DNA of 52,762 bases from Candidatus Collierbacteria bacterium. Its GTDB lineage: Bacteria > Patescibacteriota > Microgenomatia > UBA1400 > MFAQ01. Below the pieces are notes generated by a model that made no database searches, was not told where the DNA came from, and saw only the letters and a program-made list of their open reading frames with translations. Positions 9,817 through 18,225 of the stretch are shown piece by piece (position 1 is the first letter of the stretch; every line of letters starts with the position of its first letter). The DNA lies in NCBI GenBank assembly GCA_903884375.1, contig CAISER010000020.1, forward strand, positions 1 to 52,762. Reading direction: 5' to 3'. The position numbers and the translations under genes are program-made.

Positions 9817-10683
9817 ATGAAGGAAAAAATCTTAGTTACCGGCGCAAATGGTTTCATAGGATCCGGATTGGTTAAAGAACTTGAAGATGGAGGTGCGAGG
9901 GTGATCAAACTGGATAGGGCTATTCTGACTCAACCGGATGTTTTAATTCGAACGATAAAAAGAATTAAACCTTCAAAAATATTTCATCTAGCCGCTTACG
10001 GAAATCATTATGATCAAAAGGATGTTAGGGAGATATATAACGCAAATGTCTATGGAACATTTAATCTATTACAGGCAGCCTCTCAGGCAGGAGTAAAGTG
10101 TTTTGTTAATACCGGATCTTCAAGCGAATATGGAAAGAAGGATGTTCCAATGAAAGAAGATATGGTCCCTGAGGCAAATACAATGTACGGAGCTACAAAG
10201 GTCGCCTCAACATATCTATCTAAGGCATTCGCATCTGAGTATGGGCTTCCGGTCGTAACAGTCAGACCGTTTTCGGTTTATGGCCCTGGGGAAGCAGAAC
10301 ACAGATTTATTCCTACGGTCATAAGATGCTGTCTTTCAGGCCAACCACTTAAACTTGCCCATGGAGTTCACGATTGGATATATATAGATGATTTCGTTAA
10401 CGGAATGATAATTGCAGCCAATAATATCAGGAAATTATCTGGTGAGGTTGTCAATATTGGCACAGGGAAACAGTATTCCAATGAAAAAGTCGTTGAAGAA
10501 GTTCAGAATATCTGTGGTATAAATGTAAAGAAAGAGGAGATTGGCAGTATTAGAAACTTCGATACCATAACTTCATGGGTTGCTGACAACGAAAAACTTA
10601 GGTCGTTTGGATGGAAACCCAAAATTGATCTTAGAAACGGTATCGAAAAAGTAATAAATGCTAAAAAGACAAATAAATCATAG
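9817..10683 (+). CDS. NAD-dependent sugar epimerase/dehydratase (extended SDR)
   Basis: 288 aa. ILVTGANGFIGSGLV (GxxGxxG), TGSSSEYG, YGATKVAS (YxxxK catalytic motif). Confidence 0.85.
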   Translation: MKEKILVTGANGFIGSGLVKELEDGGARVIKLDRAILTQPDVLIRTIKRIKPSKIFHLAAYGNHYDQKDVREIYNANVYGTFNLLQAASQAGVKCFVNTGSSSEYGKKDVPMKEDMVPEANTMYGATKVASTYLSKAFASEYGLPVVTVRPFSVYGPGEAEHRFIPTVIRCCLSGQPLKLAHGVHDWIYIDDFVNGMIIAANNIRKLSGEVVNIGTGKQYSNEKVVEEVQNICGINVKKEEIGSIRNFDTITSWVADNEKLRSFGWKPKIDLRNGIEKVINAKKTNKS

Positions 10684-11368
10684 AAGAAGAATTATCGAGC
10701 TAATAAAAGAGGCTGATACTACACATATTGGCTCTGCATTGTCTGTAGTTGATATCATCGACGCTATCTACAAAGTAAAGAAAAAGAAGGAGAAATTTAT
10801 CCTAAGTAACGGACATGCAGCTGCAGCGCTATACGTTATTCTTGAGAGCTACGGAATAGTAAAAGATCCCAAGATCAATATCTTGGGTGTTCATCCGGAA
10901 AGAAATCCTCAAATCGACATTCATCTGTCTACCGGTAGTCTGGGACAAGGTCTGCCAGTTGCAGTCGGTATGGCAATGGCAGATAGATCAAAAAATGTTT
11001 ATTGTTCCATATCTGATGGTGAGTGCGCTGAAGGAAGTATTTGGGAAGCAGTGTCAGTTGCTTCAAAATATAAGCTTAATAATCTAAAAATAGTAGTTAA
11101 TGCTAATGGATATGCGGGTTACGAGGAAATCAATTCTGATAGTCTTAAATCAAAATTCCACAGTTTTGATTGTGATGTTGTTGATGTAAATGGACACAAT
11201 ATTGGAGAAATCATCAGAGGACTTGCCATCGAAACAAAAACACCATTACTGGTTTATGCAAGAACTAACGTCGAGCAACTTCCCTTTTTAAAAGGGCTTT
11301 CTGCCCATTACTACAAAATGACAGAGGAAGATTATAAATTGGCAATTAAAACATGGTCAAAGAATTAG
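10658..11368 (+). CDS. Transketolase-like ThDP enzyme, N-terminal (diphosphate-binding) subunit
   Basis: 236 aa. HIGSALSVVDIIDAIY, SNGHAAAALYVILESYG, STGSLGQGLPVAVGMAMA, ISDGECAEGSIWEA. These match the PP-domain signatures of split transketolases. Confidence 0.8.
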   Translation: MLKRQINHRRRIIELIKEADTTHIGSALSVVDIIDAIYKVKKKKEKFILSNGHAAAALYVILESYGIVKDPKINILGVHPERNPQIDIHLSTGSLGQGLPVAVGMAMADRSKNVYCSISDGECAEGSIWEAVSVASKYKLNNLKIVVNANGYAGYEEINSDSLKSKFHSFDCDVVDVNGHNIGEIIRGLAIETKTPLLVYARTNVEQLPFLKGLSAHYYKMTEEDYKLAIKTWSKN

Positions 11369-11868
11369 ATTTGAAAGAAAGATATGACACCATGAGGGGG
11401 TGGTTTGCATATGAGCTTCATAAACAGATGGTCAAAAATCCCAAGATTTGGTTAGTAACAGGTGATCTTGGTTATGGAATGTTTGATAAGATCAAAAGAG
11501 ATTTTCCAGAGAGGTTTGTCAACGTTGGAGCGGCCGAACAAACATTGTTGGGTGTTTCAATAGGATTGGCTTACGAAGGAATGATTCCCATCACTTATTC
11601 AATAACACCATTTTTGCTCTATCGGCCGTTCGAAACAATTAGAAATTATGTAAATAGAGAAAAAGTTCCGATTATCTTGGTTGGAGGAGGAAGAGATAAA
11701 GATTATGGACATGACGGCTTTTCTCACTGGTCAGATGAAGACAAAAGAGTAATGACGTTATTCCCAAATATCATTTCCACTTGGCCCGAGAGTAAGGAAA
11801 GTATTCCCGATCTTTTTGAAACGATTTTGTCAAGTACCGTTCCCTATTATCTTAACTTACGAAGATAA
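11353..11868 (+). CDS. Transketolase-like ThDP enzyme, pyrimidine-binding subunit (short, no C-terminal domain)
   Basis: 171 aa. FPERFVNVGAAEQTLLGVSIGLAYEGMIPI and GHDGFSHWSDEDKRVMTLFPN match the transketolase Pyr domain. The protein ends right after this domain. Overlaps the upstream subunit by 16 nt. Confidence 0.75.
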   Translation: MVKELDLKERYDTMRGWFAYELHKQMVKNPKIWLVTGDLGYGMFDKIKRDFPERFVNVGAAEQTLLGVSIGLAYEGMIPITYSITPFLLYRPFETIRNYVNREKVPIILVGGGRDKDYGHDGFSHWSDEDKRVMTLFPNIISTWPESKESIPDLFETILSSTVPYYLNLRR

Positions 11869-12564
11869 TTATTTTTTCTTAGTCAGTACAAGTTCCCAAT
11901 TATAATAGCCGAGGATGGGGATTCTTAAGGCTCTGATCGTTTTCCAAAATAGATTATCACGTTTTTTTATTGATACACCCAGTCTTTTTGTAATAAAATC
12001 TATTAAAGGAAACCGCTGTGTTGTTTTGTTACTCACATTAATGGTGAAGAATTTTTTCAATAAATTTGTCAGTTGCTCATCATTTGTATATTCCCTTAGA
12101 TGTGTTGGGTCAAGTACCCAACCGGTGTTATTTTTGTAAAAATACCAACCATACCACTTCTTGAAGACCGTCGATAAATAGACAGTTCCTTTATCTTTAA
12201 GGACTCTATTAAAAGAGGTTGTCATCTTTTCATCATCTACATGCTCAATAACTTGTGTTGAAATTACCAAATCTTGGCTATTGTCCCCGATCGAGTTCAT
12301 TGTTTCGGCAGAGTCGACTTTAGCATTAAATTTTGGAAAATTTCTCTTTACTATTTCTATTCTGTCCTTTGAAAGATCGATGGCATTTACCTTTAGATTC
12401 CCTAATAGTCCTTCTTTATTGAGGGCATATAAAATGGATCCGTCTCCGCAGCCGCAATCGAGAATAGAATCAAATTTATGATTTTTGAATAATCTCAAAA
12501 GTATTTTTGGGGCTTCACCTGTATAGTACTGTGGAGCGAATTTGGCGTACTTCTCGATATTCAT
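11869..12564 (-). CDS. Class I SAM-dependent methyltransferase
   Basis: 231 aa. ILDCGCGDGSILYAL (motif I), AIDLS, VISTQVIEHVDD, GTVYLST. Confidence 0.8.
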   Translation of the reverse strand: MNIEKYAKFAPQYYTGEAPKILLRLFKNHKFDSILDCGCGDGSILYALNKEGLLGNLKVNAIDLSKDRIEIVKRNFPKFNAKVDSAETMNSIGDNSQDLVISTQVIEHVDDEKMTTSFNRVLKDKGTVYLSTVFKKWYGWYFYKNNTGWVLDPTHLREYTNDEQLTNLLKKFFTINVSNKTTQRFPLIDFITKRLGVSIKKRDNLFWKTIRALRIPILGYYNWELVLTKKK

Positions 12565-13304
12565 TTTAATTGTTCTTGAATTTTATCCAATACTTTTGTT
12601 ACTTTAATGGCATGTTCAAGTCCGGTAACACATTTTTCACCTTTTATAAAGGCAATAAACGACCGGAGCTCATTTTCCAGGGGGGCTATCGACTGTATAA
12701 TAGTGTCGTCGAAGTCTACTGAATCATATTCACCATGGGCTACGATCTTCCTTAATTTTTCTGAGTAATTCCAACCTGTTTCGATATGACATTCCGATTT
12801 TTCATATTTTAATGTGATGGATAAATTTTCATTGATCTTTTCGGCTTTTATCACTTGTGGCTCACCCAAAAAATAAACGGCAAGAGACACTCCGTGGGGG
12901 GCAAGATACCATAACGGAGTAGTATTTTCCTCGGCATGGATATTACATAGTTTAATATCCAATCTATTTATTTTGCCGACTTTTTTCAGTTTTTCCATGA
13001 GTCCTTTGTTATACAAATATATATGTCCAACCATTACTTTATTGTTGTTTATCTCAAGTGCATCCTTTAAAGAAGTTGCAAATGGTTTTTCGATAAGAAG
13101 ATATTTGTTGGGAAACTCTTTGGCAATTTCAGTGTGAGTGGAGTCCGGAGTGGCAATTATTATTCCATTAATATCATTATATTGCTGTAGCTCCTTATAG
13201 TTTCTTGTCACCACATATTTTATTTCCACATCCGGAATATTATTAACAACGTTAAGATAACGACTTCCCCATTTCCCCTTTCCAATCAAAGCAAGTGTAA
13301 TCAT
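12561..13304 (-). CDS. Gfo/Idh/MocA-family NAD(P)-dependent oxidoreductase (short form)
   Basis: 247 aa. ITLALIGKGKWGSRY Rossmann start, IIIATPDSTHTEIA, LLIEKPFATSL (EKP motif). Confidence 0.7.
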   Translation of the reverse strand: MITLALIGKGKWGSRYLNVVNNIPDVEIKYVVTRNYKELQQYNDINGIIIATPDSTHTEIAKEFPNKYLLIEKPFATSLKDALEINNNKVMVGHIYLYNKGLMEKLKKVGKINRLDIKLCNIHAEENTTPLWYLAPHGVSLAVYFLGEPQVIKAEKINENLSITLKYEKSECHIETGWNYSEKLRKIVAHGEYDSVDFDDTIIQSIAPLENELRSFIAFIKGEKCVTGLEHAIKVTKVLDKIQEQLK

Positions 13305-13307
13305 TAT

Positions 13308-14318
13308 TTAAACAACATATCTTGATTTATTTGTATTTTCAAAATCAAGAATATCGTATATATTATCCAATTTTGCACCGACAATAATATCAAAACCAGG
13401 AAACCCATAATCACTTCTAAATAATATTGGTCTTCCGTCGTCATAATCATTCTGTATAAGAACCGTTTTTCTTTCGCGTATATCACCCTTATGTTTCATG
13501 TCTTTCATATCGGGAATACAATTTACGACGTGTTCTTTTATCTTTTTGTAATCACCACCTTCAGGGGTTAATTCTACATGATGTATGGTGTGAAGACCTC
13601 GTTTGGGAAAAGGATAAATTGAAAAGAAAGAACCGTCCATTATTGTAATTGATACATTTTTAAACTTTTCAGGTACTTCCACTAAGGGCATAACGGTATC
13701 TTCGTTCCTTATTGGGAGTTCGGGAAGGTTTGAGTTTATTAATAACTTATTTGTGTCAGCGTAGATACAGGCTATAATTTTTTTTGCGTTTATTTCTCTA
13801 TCTCTTAGATATATCTTTCCTTCACTAACTTTTTTCACTTCAGTATTTAATAATATATCAACGTGTTTTAATTTCTCAATCAAAATCTTTTTAATTTTTT
13901 CGGAATCAAATACTCCTTCGTGTCCTAAAAAAATATCTTCAACAAATTCCAGATTAAACCATTTTTTAAGATTTTCCGGACATTCATATAAAGGACAGCC
14001 AACTTTTTTACATGCTTTCTTATATTTTTTTGCATCAGTTTTTCCATTGCGACCCACGGCATAGAACATTGTGTAGTCATCAGATACTGCATCTTTAAAC
14101 TCTGCCATGAATCTTGGAAAATTTATATGGGCTGCAAAAGCAGTTTTATAACTTCTTGGATAGTGATAACCATTGTGTACTCTTGCCTGATTATTAGCTG
14201 AGGCTTTTTGCATTAAATCATTTTCTTTTTCAATTAAAAGAACCTTTCCTTTCAGATTTTGGGCAATCATACAACCAAAAAATCCACCGCCAATCACAAT
14301 ATAATCATAATTATTCAT
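13308..14318 (-). CDS. FAD-dependent oxidoreductase
   Basis: 336 aa. YDYIVIGGGFFGCMIAQNLKGKVLLIEKE is a GxGxxG...E dinucleotide-binding fold at the extreme N-terminus. The substrate cannot be inferred. Confidence 0.7.
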   Translation of the reverse strand: MNNYDYIVIGGGFFGCMIAQNLKGKVLLIEKENDLMQKASANNQARVHNGYHYPRSYKTAFAAHINFPRFMAEFKDAVSDDYTMFYAVGRNGKTDAKKYKKACKKVGCPLYECPENLKKWFNLEFVEDIFLGHEGVFDSEKIKKILIEKLKHVDILLNTEVKKVSEGKIYLRDREINAKKIIACIYADTNKLLINSNLPELPIRNEDTVMPLVEVPEKFKNVSITIMDGSFFSIYPFPKRGLHTIHHVELTPEGGDYKKIKEHVVNCIPDMKDMKHKGDIRERKTVLIQNDYDDGRPILFRSDYGFPGFDIIVGAKLDNIYDILDFENTNKSRYVV

Positions 14319-14341
14319 TATTGGGTATTTTTTTGTATTAA

Positions 14342-15370
14342 TTATTGTTTCCAGTTGTCTCTTGTTGATTCTCTAGGCTCTATTTTACCTCTAATCCAGC
14401 CATAGATATAGATAAATAAAGTGGAGTAACAAGCCACCGGGTGAAAAAGCCAAGTCGCATCTTTTTTTCTTAGAAAACCTATTAGTGTTTGGATAAGGAT
14501 TGGAAAGATTAATATGCATTCGAAAGTAAATAATATTATCTTTGAAAGAAAAGATTGCTCCCAGTTTATTTCTCTATTATTCTTTGATTTATGAAAGGAC
14601 ATATCATTTATGCGACGAAGTTGTTTCTTAAAAAATTTTCCGGCATCTGCTTCAACAAAAGTATGAATAATCCCTGTTTTGACTTTGGCTATTTTTACCT
14701 CCCCTTTTGTTTTAATTATTTTTAATAAAATATCGATATCAAAAAGGTAATTGGCACCCTTGATGGCATTTTTCAATATTGATCTTCTAAATATAGTTCC
14801 ATTGGCACCGATTGTGGGTATTGGCTCATGATTGAGAGTAATTTTTAGATATTTCCCTTTGTTTTCTTCAGGAAATTTTAATCCTGTCCATTTGTTGGTG
14901 ATATATGAATATCTATCATAGTTCCCAATAAACAAACATATTGGATCATTCATACCAAGCAGGGCAAAATAACGAGTGAGATAAGGATCATTTTTCCTGT
15001 AGGTGTATTTAATTGGTTCCGAGGCAATGATTTCTTTATCACCAAAAGGCATTACCATGTCCTTTAACCAATGTCGATTGGGTAAAATATTATCCGAATC
15101 GATGAGAGCAATCAAATTATGTTTGGCAACTTTTACTCCAACAGCCTTTCCGGCTTCACCAGTTTTTAACTTGTTTTGGACTATTATGGCGTGATATTTT
15201 TTGGATATTGATAAAGTAGCATCTGTCGAACCGCCATCGGCAATGATGATTTCAATTTTGTTTTTGGGATATTTTTGTGTGGTGATTGAATTTAAACATT
15301 TATCCAATACAGAAGCAGCGTTTAAGGTAGGAATAACTACCGAGATTGATGGTAGTTTTGTTTGCTTCAT
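14342..15370 (-). CDS. GT2 glycosyltransferase with C-terminal membrane helices
   Basis: 342 aa. ISVVIPTLNAASVLDKCLNSITTQKYPKNKIEIIIADGGSTDAT and LIDSDN (DxD). Two hydrophobic helices near the C-terminus. Confidence 0.85.
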   Translation of the reverse strand: MKQTKLPSISVVIPTLNAASVLDKCLNSITTQKYPKNKIEIIIADGGSTDATLSISKKYHAIIVQNKLKTGEAGKAVGVKVAKHNLIALIDSDNILPNRHWLKDMVMPFGDKEIIASEPIKYTYRKNDPYLTRYFALLGMNDPICLFIGNYDRYSYITNKWTGLKFPEENKGKYLKITLNHEPIPTIGANGTIFRRSILKNAIKGANYLFDIDILLKIIKTKGEVKIAKVKTGIIHTFVEADAGKFFKKQLRRINDMSFHKSKNNREINWEQSFLSKIILFTFECILIFPILIQTLIGFLRKKDATWLFHPVACYSTLFIYIYGWIRGKIEPRESTRDNWKQ

Positions 15371-15373
15371 AAA

Positions 15374-16930
15374 TTAATCGTTTTCCCCGTGCTGACCAAG
15401 CTGTTTGGGTGAGAAATCGGTAAGGTGACCTAAAAATCTCCACCCGGCCATAAAGAGAAATTTTATATCGTCAATTCTTTTTATTTCCCTTATCTTGCGC
15501 CAAATAAACTTGGGGTTGAGGAAGGACTTGTAGAGCTCTTGGGTGAGTTCCATTACCTGTTTTTCCGTAAGTGGCGATTTCATAATAGGCTTCCTCATGT
15601 CGTAATCCTCATAGTTCTCTGACAATAACCAACCTTTTTCTTTACATTCTTTCCAAAGAGGAGTTCCCGGATATGGAATAACAACTGTTGCTTGGAGAGT
15701 GTCGACATAACCTTTTTCAAAACATTTTTTGGCAAGAGCAACTGTACGCTTGGCGTCTTTGTAAGTCTCCCAAGGATATCCCATCATTATAGTGAGATGT
15801 GGGTCAAGTCCGCCTTTTTTCGCCATACGAACACCTTCTTCAATTTGTTTGACTTTGAGACCCTTGTCTAGATGATCAAGTGTCTTCTGATTTGCAGATT
15901 CCATTCCGTATAGGATAAAGCGAAAATTTGCCTTACCCATTAAGTCATAATGTTCTTGTCGAAGCGCGTTGAGACGCATATTGCAACTAAAAACAACTTT
16001 TTTGTTGTAACCTGAATCAATTAATAGATTGCAAAAATCGATAAGTGGTTTTCCAATCATAAAAGTACCCGCATCGTCAAAAATTTCTTTAACGTGATAT
16101 TTATCGACGACGTGCTTTACTTCATCAAAAAGTCTTTGAGGAGTAAAGCGGCGATATGAACCTATTGGATTAATAGTATGATCCCAAACGCAAAATGTAC
16201 AACGATTCCACCAACAATCACGACCAGAGTACATATAAGTAGCTGGTGTGTATTTATAGTTCCCATTGTAAACGGAGTAGAGTTCCCATTTGGTTAGGTC
16301 TCGATCAATAAACGGTAATTCGTTTAGATTATGAGCAACAGACGGTTTTCCCGAATTTGCATAAACTATCTTTCCTTTTCTTTTAATTGTGGCGAATGGT
16401 TTTTGTTTTATCCGCTTGTCGGATGCTCTCCACCATACTCCACCTTCGAGTTTTGTTTTTTTTGTTAAATAATCGAGAAGATTGACGATGACAAAATCAT
16501 AGTCACCACCAGTGATTAGATAATCTACTTTGCTGTTGTCAAACATTTCTTCCGGGGCAAAGGTGACGTGATCACCTACCCAAACAGTGATTAGTTTTGG
16601 AAAAACTTTTTTGAGATCGTTAATTATTTCCCAGTGTTTTTTGACTATTGGGGATTTGGTTTCGACCATTAAAACATCCGGTTTCCATGCCTTCAACTCT
16701 TTGAGCCATTCCTTGTGTGTTTGTTCGGCAGCAATTCCATCCATCCACTTTACTTTGTAGCCATGTTTCTTTAAATTGGAAGCGGCATAGGCCGGAACCA
16801 TGGGATAGATATATGTCTTTGCGTTGAAGTACTGGAATTGCCTATTTTGTGAAAGAAGAGCAACTCCTTTGTCAGAAAGAATGGGAGGGTACCCGATTGC
16901 AACACGAAGAGGATTTTTTGTTGAGTTCAT
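15374..16930 (-). CDS. B12-binding-domain radical SAM enzyme (class B-like)
   Basis: 518 aa. The N-terminal ~170 aa has a flavodoxin-like B12-binding layout (YPMVPAYAASNLKKHGYKV...DVLMVETKSP...VWVGDHVTF). Next comes the cluster motif SGRDCWWNRCTFCVW, then a TIM-barrel-like region (FILYGMESANQ, HLTIMMGYPWET). The Cys spacing as read is C-x4-C-x2-C, not the canonical C-x3-C-x2-C. Confidence 0.8.
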   Translation of the reverse strand: MNSTKNPLRVAIGYPPILSDKGVALLSQNRQFQYFNAKTYIYPMVPAYAASNLKKHGYKVKWMDGIAAEQTHKEWLKELKAWKPDVLMVETKSPIVKKHWEIINDLKKVFPKLITVWVGDHVTFAPEEMFDNSKVDYLITGGDYDFVIVNLLDYLTKKTKLEGGVWWRASDKRIKQKPFATIKRKGKIVYANSGKPSVAHNLNELPFIDRDLTKWELYSVYNGNYKYTPATYMYSGRDCWWNRCTFCVWDHTINPIGSYRRFTPQRLFDEVKHVVDKYHVKEIFDDAGTFMIGKPLIDFCNLLIDSGYNKKVVFSCNMRLNALRQEHYDLMGKANFRFILYGMESANQKTLDHLDKGLKVKQIEEGVRMAKKGGLDPHLTIMMGYPWETYKDAKRTVALAKKCFEKGYVDTLQATVVIPYPGTPLWKECKEKGWLLSENYEDYDMRKPIMKSPLTEKQVMELTQELYKSFLNPKFIWRKIREIKRIDDIKFLFMAGWRFLGHLTDFSPKQLGQHGEND

Positions 16931-16948
16931 TGTTTTATATTCTATTAT

Positions 16949-17218
16949 TTATGGATAAATTTGTTTTCCTAACTTATTTTTTAGAATTATTGCAGAGACC
17001 GGACATGAACGAGTAGCCTCTTTTATTTTTTCTAGGCTGTCTCCTTCAGGGTTAATGATAACCGCTTTCCCGTCAGATTCACGAAGAAAAAATGTGTTTG
17101 GAGCTGCAATGGTACATGGCCCAGCCGAAATGCACTTTGAAAGATCAACCATGATGGTGATTCCATCACTTCGTGTTGCTTTTGTTGCTTGGTTGCTTTT
17201 GTAATCCGTTGTGGTCAT
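16949..17218 (-). CDS. Small mono-cluster ferredoxin, 3-Cys type (CxxAxxC...CP), probably [3Fe-4S]
   Basis: 89 aa. VDLSKCISAGPCTIAAPNTFF...SCPVSAI carries only three Cys in the arrangement C-x2-A-x2-C...C-P. Its ATG overlaps the upstream GT2 stop by 4 nt (17215-18). Confidence 0.75.
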   Translation of the reverse strand: MTTTDYKSNQATKATRSDGITIMVDLSKCISAGPCTIAAPNTFFLRESDGKAVIINPEGDSLEKIKEATRSCPVSAIILKNKLGKQIYP

Positions 17219-18225
17219 CGTTTTAGTTTAGCAGTAAACAAAAAGCCTTTAATAAACTTGGCTCCGTACCAAAGATGAGTAATAAAAATAGTAGGAATGG
17301 AAATAAGGGCCTGACGAATACTACCAGATTTTTTATATATCCAGTTGGCGTTTCCAATTAACGCCAGAAAATAAATGAAGAAACAAATAATTCCGAAATT
17401 ACGTATTGAAAAAATTGCTGGGTTAAACCAGAGATAGGAAAAAGAAATAAATACCAAACCTAATAACATAAGAGAGGGAAGAAAATAGATTGGCCGTAAT
17501 GAAGTTGCAGGAAGAATCTTGGCAAAAAATCCTCGGTGAAGGCCAAAATTACCGTTTTGTCTTAGATGAGATTTTAGTATCGGACGACGGTGATGAAATA
17601 CTACGGCTTTGGGTTCATAGATTATTTTCTTCTTTAATTTGTGGGTTAGGTCGAGACAAAGTTTGGTGTCTTCTCCCGGCCAGTAGTTTGAGTCGTAACC
17701 ACCAACAGATAAAAAATCATCTCTTTTTATAGAAAGGTTCATTGAAGGATAATCATCAACAAAGCGTTTTTTGCCTGGTAAAAAGCGATAAATATAAATT
17801 CCGGCACCAATTGGTGACGCCGAAGCCCATCCGGATGCTTCTTCTTTCCAGGAAACATTTGGTGGAGTAATTCCCGGACCTCCAACTCCGGTAATATATT
17901 TGTTTTTGAAATGAGGGACAATTTTGCTGAGCCAATCTGACTTTGGCTCTGTGTCGTCATCGATAAAGGCAACGATTTCTCCTTTGGCAATCTTGGCACC
18001 ATGGTCTCGTTTTTTTGCCGGTGGAGTATATTTTCCTTTGTAATCAACGATTTTTAGTTTGGGATGTTTAATCTTAAGAGGATGATCGGTTTCCAATATT
18101 ATTTCGAAATTTTTGTATGTTTGTTTTTTTAGCGCTGCCAAACACTCCAATAGATACTGATTATTTCCATTTTTTTTGTATTCAATTAAAATAACCGAAA
18201 CTAAGGGATTGTATTTTTTAGTCAT
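17215..18225 (-). CDS. GT2 glycosyltransferase with C-terminal transmembrane region
   Basis: 336 aa. VSVILIEYK...KKQTYKNFEIIL, FIDDDTEP (DxD), GEDTKLC. The last ~100 aa contain 3-4 hydrophobic helices. Confidence 0.8.
   Translation of the reverse strand: MTKKYNPLVSVILIEYKKNGNNQYLLECLAALKKQTYKNFEIILETDHPLKIKHPKLKIVDYKGKYTPPAKKRDHGAKIAKGEIVAFIDDDTEPKSDWLSKIVPHFKNKYITGVGGPGITPPNVSWKEEASGWASASPIGAGIYIYRFLPGKKRFVDDYPSMNLSIKRDDFLSVGGYDSNYWPGEDTKLCLDLTHKLKKKIIYEPKAVVFHHRRPILKSHLRQNGNFGLHRGFFAKILPATSLRPIYFLPSLMLLGLVFISFSYLWFNPAIFSIRNFGIICFFIYFLALIGNANWIYKKSGSIRQALISIPTIFITHLWYGAKFIKGFLFTAKLKR

Noticed and set aside
17739-18047. Same-strand out-of-frame ORFs nested in real genes (17739-18047, 24998-25252, 38658-39032, 39654-39955, 42252-42485, 47050-47316, 50470-50790 and others)
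   Set aside because: They are embedded in longer ORFs whose products have GT2 or GT-C signatures. I found no independent motif, start context or conservation argument for overlapping genes.
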